From: Eledone cirrhosa
Taxonomy: Eukaryota
Direction of reading: 5' to 3'
Assembly (NCBI GenBank): GCA_964016885.1
Contig: OZ024742.1
Coordinates: 305,040,001 to 305,104,000 of the forward strand
Length of the DNA stretch: 64,000 nucleotides
Shown here: piece after piece, positions 59,601 to 64,000 of the stretch
Position numbering within the stretch: position 1 is the first letter of the stretch
Layout of the letters: the number at the start of each line of letters is the position of its first letter
Made by a program: the position numbers and the translations under genes
Notes under the pieces: model-generated
The model's database searches: none
What the model was told of the DNA's origin: nothing
Seen by the model: only the letters and a program-made list of their open reading frames with translations

Positions 59601-60132
59601 TCGAAATCTATCGACCAGGTCGAATCGATCGAGTAACCCCTTGAGGCTGCTACACCCCCCTCTATCGGGACATGCCCCTGCATAGTCCCAACGCGCATCT
59701 AGGATTCCATTCCAATCCCCCACTAAAAGGAGGGAACGCGACGTTCCTAGAAAAGTCTCCAGACGCTGGAAGAAGTCGGATCTTTCAGCCCCGAAGGGGG
59801 CATAAAGACCGACCAGTCTGAAAGCCCCGCCTTCACCGCCTCCGACGTCCAGCACCAGTAATCGACCCCCCGGGTCCGAGTGAACAATCTGTACGTCGAG
59901 AGCCAGACGTTTATCCAGCAGTACGGCAACTCCCCCCCCCCCCTCCTCCGGGTTGACAGAGAGATGCGTGCATCTCAAAGTCATCGAAGGCGGGAGCCAG
60001 CTGTCGCACGCTGCTGATCCGACTCTCGCAAACAACCATCACATCTATACTTCGTGACCTGAGGTCACTTAGAAGCTTTGCTTGCTTCCAAGCTGAGCCC
60101 AGGCCACGCGCGTTCAAACAGCCAACTCTCAA
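56697..60132 (-). pseudogene. ORF2 (APE endonuclease + reverse transcriptase) of LINE copy A, at least 3 frameshifts
   Basis: APE motifs GCLNARGL, VCESR, GLYAP, VGDWN, SYLDRF, SDHKLV; RT motifs PGLDGLP, FRHITLLN, LDQSKAFDRVDH, IRQGCPL, IADD (damaged YADD); C-terminal CPRC-X8-H-X4-C. Frameshifts near 59940 (poly-C), 58090 and 57043. Confidence 0.92.
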
Positions 60133-60137
60133 TTGAT

Positions 60138-61995
60138 CTATTTTGGTGTTGAAAGTGAAGAGAGAAAAGCACCTACCTCTCCGGGTTGTGTAATTTCCAT
60201 GGCGTCAGGTGTGTTGGGTGGAGGGATGTTTTGTGGTGGTGTGGGGGTACCCGAGTATGGTGGGGTTGGGGTATTTGGAGTTGTGTCAGGGAGAGGGGAG
60301 GTTATGGGGAAATCTTTCAAGAGGACGCGATTTAACGGTTTTAAACAGGGGGGGGGGGGCTCACGTCCTGTCTAAATTGTTCTTTTAAGGAACGATAAAG
60401 GTCCAGAGGGACCTTTATCATTTTTAAATGGGTGAAGTTCTCTGTTGAGATAAAGTTTGGCCCTTCGGTCTGCACCAAAGGGCTATTGTTTATTAATTTA
60501 AACAGTTTTTTGTTTTCTTTATTTATATATGTGTATTGCAAAGTCTTTTTTTGTGATGCTGTCAATGTTTCGGAGAGGGGAGGCGCAGATTTATTTTTGT
60601 TTGTTGAGGGTGGGGTGTTTTTGATTGGAGTTGGTGTTTGTGTGTGGGTTATTTGTGGTGTGCTGGGTGTGTGCTTTCTTTTTTTTTCTTTTAACTTGTC
60701 TGAAGGCTTCTCCTCCTTCTTCTTCAGAAGTTGGGGGAAACTCTTCAGCGCTAGGTGGGAGGGACGTGGTGTCTGGTTGTTTGTTTTTTTTGCGGGAGGG
60801 GTAGATTTGTTGCTGTTTTTTTATTATTTGTTTGGAATGCGTTTTGTGGTTGTGGTGGTGATGTTTGTGTCGTGCTTGTGGTTGGTGATGGTGGTGGTGA
60901 TGTTTGTGTTGTGGTTGGTGATGGTGGTGGTGATTTTTGTGTCGTGCTGGTGTTTGGTGCTGGTGGTGGTGATGTTTGTGTTGTGCTTGTGGTTGGTGGT
61001 GTCTGTATTTTGTTTGCTGTGTGTGGTATTAGTGTATTTTTGGAGGTGGGTGGTGTTGGTGTACTGTTTGTGGTGGGTGTGGGCAATAGTCCTTTTTGGG
61101 GGATACGTTTCGGGCAGTTAGCCCTAACGTGTCCCCTTTCCGTGCATAAATAGCATGCTGGTCTTCTCCCCTCTACAACTATATCTATTGGGGTGAGGTC
61201 ATCCAGCCAGATGCGATCCGGGATTTGTGCTATTCTTTCGGGCCTCATTTGGACTAGTAGGTCGAGGCCCATTCCCAGGAACGCATCTCCAGATGCCTTC
61301 CCCATTGACAGCACTGTGTCCTCGCCCATGTCGATGAAGCCAGCAATAGCCCACCAGAAGTCCATTGTGGGCAGCATTGTTTGTACTTTGACTCTCTGTG
61401 TTCTTCTACTCATGTAGGAGGGATAGAAGCTGTATGTTGTTGATGAGAGTGGGCTTAGGGAAAGCTTCTGCGCCGTTTCCTTGTCTTTTTTTAAGACCGA
61501 AATGCTGCCATAGAGTCGGTCCTTTCGTATGAAGAGAATATTCTTCATATAGTCTTTTAGGACCAACTCTATCTCCATTTGGCTGGGCTGTGCTGGCTTT
61601 CTCGTTTGGTTTAAGATTGTTCTGAAGAGAACTGTGCTCTCTGTTCTCGCTTTCTTGAATTCTGGGGGGGGGGGGTGAGTTAATGGAAAACATTCCGTTC
61701 TCCCCCAAGACTATGTGTTTTTTTGCTTCTGCCAGTTTTTCTCTGGCGGCTGTTAAGTCTATTGGTGTATATGTTATGGACTGTTTGTTTTCTGGGCGAA
61801 AGTTGCCTTATTGTTATTTGTGTTCTTATTTTCTGTTTGTTTGTTTTCCGTTTGCTCATTTTCCGTAACATTTGTTTTTTCATTTTCTTTGTTTGTTTCG
61901 TTGTCTAGTTTTGTTGTATCTATTTCTTTTTGTTCTTCAGACTTGGGGGGCGTGGCAGAGCTAATGGCAGACATGTCTGCCATCTTTTCCGCCAT
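60138..61995 (-). pseudogene. ORF1 (gag-like, zinc knuckle) of LINE copy A, broken by stops and frameshifts
   Basis: ATG at 61995 (MAEKMADMS...); fragment 60751-61578 has VEGRRPACYLCTERGHVRANCP (CX2CX4HX4C) followed by a Pro/Thr-rich repeat; further pieces at 60341-60565 and 60138-60320; frame changes at or near poly-G runs. Confidence 0.8.
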
Positions 61996-62223
61996 GCTGC
62001 CAAGAAAGAGATTTTACAGCAAAATAGATATTTATTTTACCCCCCAAAAAGGGGGTAAATGTAAAAATGTTTCCCTAAATAACAGGGGTAAGTGTTTCAA
62101 ATGTGTTGCACTGAAAAAATTCTCTGGTACTTACTATAGTAAGGGTAAATTCCGATGGAATAGCGGAGCCGATGTGAAGCGTGTCTTACTCTATCAAGAT
62201 AGATAGATAGATAGATAGATATA

Positions 62224-63251
62224 TTTCTTTATTTACCATAAAGGCATAAAAAGAAGGGACAAATACAAAGGTGGAGTTTACATACAATCGAGTAAAAAGG
62301 GTATAAAAGGAAAATAATCGAAAATAACCTCAAAAGGGAGGGGACGTGATGGGGGTTGCACACACCCCCGAAAAAGTGTGCAATCCTTTTCCCGGGGAGC
62401 ACATGGAGAAGGTGCTCCCCTCTCCTTCACTTCTTTACCTACAGGATGGTATACAGAGAAGGCCCATTTACACGAGCCATTCTCGACACTATCACCCACC
62501 TTTCATAAAACTGCCTGTGGCCAAGCACCTCTCTCTCCATTCTTATCCTTCTTCCGAAGTGATATCGGAAGAAGTAGACCAGACTATGGCCAGAGAGGAA
62601 GTTGCCTGACCTCAGACCTGTCAATCGTGTCCACCAAACAACCTCTTTCAACATGGCTATTACGCACAGAAAAACCGCCTTTGCTTCCTTTGTGAAGAGG
62701 GGAGGCGGTTTGATTGTCATCACGGACTCGGCGGTCAATTGAATCGGCGCCACCCGCGACAGCAGTCGTTCGGCGTAGCCCCACAGATCAGCCACGCCCG
62801 GACATTGCACCAATGCGTGCGCAACGGTTTCTTCGTGACGCACGCATCTAGGGCAAATCTTTTTTGAGGTATCCCTGCCCGGGCGCCCGTGTCTGTAGAG
62901 CCTCTCTCGAACGGGTAGAGCCCCCCGGTAGCACTGCCAGGCTAGTGACTTCTGGAAGTTGTCCATTGGTCCCGGGCCGAAAGTCCTACCGAACAGGCTG
63001 GCCAGTTCGTCCTCTTCCATGTCCAGCGATCTCTCCAAGGGTGTCATCGCCCCTGCTAGCCACCAGCCCTCTATAGAATGATGAGGTGGATTCTCCACCG
63101 AAGGCCTGGCCCGCTTGCCAGAGAGCCCTGAGCGCCTGAGCACACTCAGTGTGCCAGTCTCCCAGTTTTCCGGATCTTTGCTTGACCCAGGACTGCAGCT
63201 CGGTGAGCGAGACGAGTCTCGGGAAGGCTCGTTTCACGAACGGAGCCCACA

Positions 63252-63299
<48 letters not shown>

Positions 63300-64000
63300 A
63301 TCCCTCTCTCTATCTCTCTATCTCTCGGTTGACCAGTGAGGAATACCTGTAGGTGCCGTAGCCTTAATGCGTGCCTACGCATCATCAACCACGGCATCCC
63401 CAGCCCTCCTTTCGAAGGTTGTTGGCAGCAGATGGATCTTCTCACCATAGGAGGGCGCTTCTTCGAAAGAAATTGGAAGAGCATGCGTTCCATGGTGGTG
63501 AGTGTTTCCTTAGGGCAAGGCACGACAGTCAGGCGGTAGTAAGTGACGGACGCTATGTAAATGTTCGCCACCTCCGCCCGGCCTTTTAGGGACAGCTTAC
63601 ACTTGGCCCATTTCTGGGTTAGTGCAAACACCTTGTTCGTAACCTCGTCCCAGTTCTTTTCCACCTGGAGGTCCGGTCCAAACCAGACCCCAAGCAACTT
63701 TACCGGGCCCTCCGTCCAGTGTCCGACGACACCGTCGGGAGGCATCGGTCTGCCTCTCCACGTTCCGAGTTGCAGCCCGATGGATTTTTCCCGGTTCAGT
63801 TTCGCTCCTGACAACCTTTCGTAATCCTCCAGTAAGGTACCGATCGCCTCGATTTCCGAGTCGGTTGATACCATTACTGTTACGTCATCGGCGTAGGCCC
63901 ACACCGCTTTGCTCAATCCTGGTTCCAGGGGGATACCCTGCAACAACTCTAACTTCCTCAGTAAAGGCTCGAGAGTCAATACGTACAGAAGGGAGGAGCG
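62224..64000 (-). mobile_element. Second Tx1/L1-clade LINE (copy B), 3' part, runs off the window
   Basis: Clearly homologous to but diverged from copy A over the ORF2 C-terminus and 3'UTR; AATAAA (tttatt at 62228-62233) followed by TA(TCTA)n. Confidence 0.92.
62439..64000 (-). pseudogene. ORF2 C-terminal portion of LINE copy B (RT YADD to C-terminus), disrupted
   Basis: AVWAYADDVTV intact; KGGLGMP; CPRC-X8-H-X4-C; 73-nt (TC)n-rich insertion at 63254-63326 and a further frameshift near 63035. Confidence 0.9.

Larger units (their letters stand above)
56465..62197 (-). mobile_element. Near full-length Tx1/L1-clade non-LTR retrotransposon (copy A), inactivated
   Basis: 5'UTR, ORF1 with CCHC knuckle, ORF2 with APE endonuclease, RT and C-terminal Cys/His motif, 3'UTR with AATAAA (tttatt at 56471-56476). 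Flanked by (GATA)n/(TA)n on both sides. Confidence 0.92.

Noticed and set aside
60432-61153. Hydrophobic + strand ORFs suggesting a membrane protein
   Set aside because: Antisense shadow of the Pro/Thr-rich repeat in LINE ORF1.

Overview
Eukaryotic, AT-rich, microsatellite-dense DNA whose repeats (MetaSINE/MESC-type tRNA-derived SINEs, (TA)n/(CA)n/(GATA)n tracts) look like an octopod cephalopod genome (inference from repeat families). Almost all ORFs in the supplied track are translated microsatellites. The only convincing host coding sequence is a 144-nt phase-0 exon (49751-49894, +) of a NOL4/NOL4L-like gene, so most or all of the window is probably intronic. The right end holds two head-to-tail, minus-strand Tx1/L1-clade LINEs (one near full-length but disrupted, one cut by the window edge), both ending in (TCTA)n/(TA)n microsatellite. 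Scattered in (TA)n tracts are short non-coding Penelope-like/retrozyme-like elements carrying type I hammerhead ribozymes (three near-complete at 25.9, 41.9 and 53.7 kb), and many fold-back palindromes whose turning points coincide with hammerhead stems. Also present: about 15 SINE copies (several with TSDs starting ATTAT), composite minisatellites (14.0-14.9, 15.1-18.3, 55.6-56.2 kb), a ~4 kb TA-rich array, and decayed mariner, Tc1 and RTE remnants. Family assignments come from motif recognition only; no searches were run.
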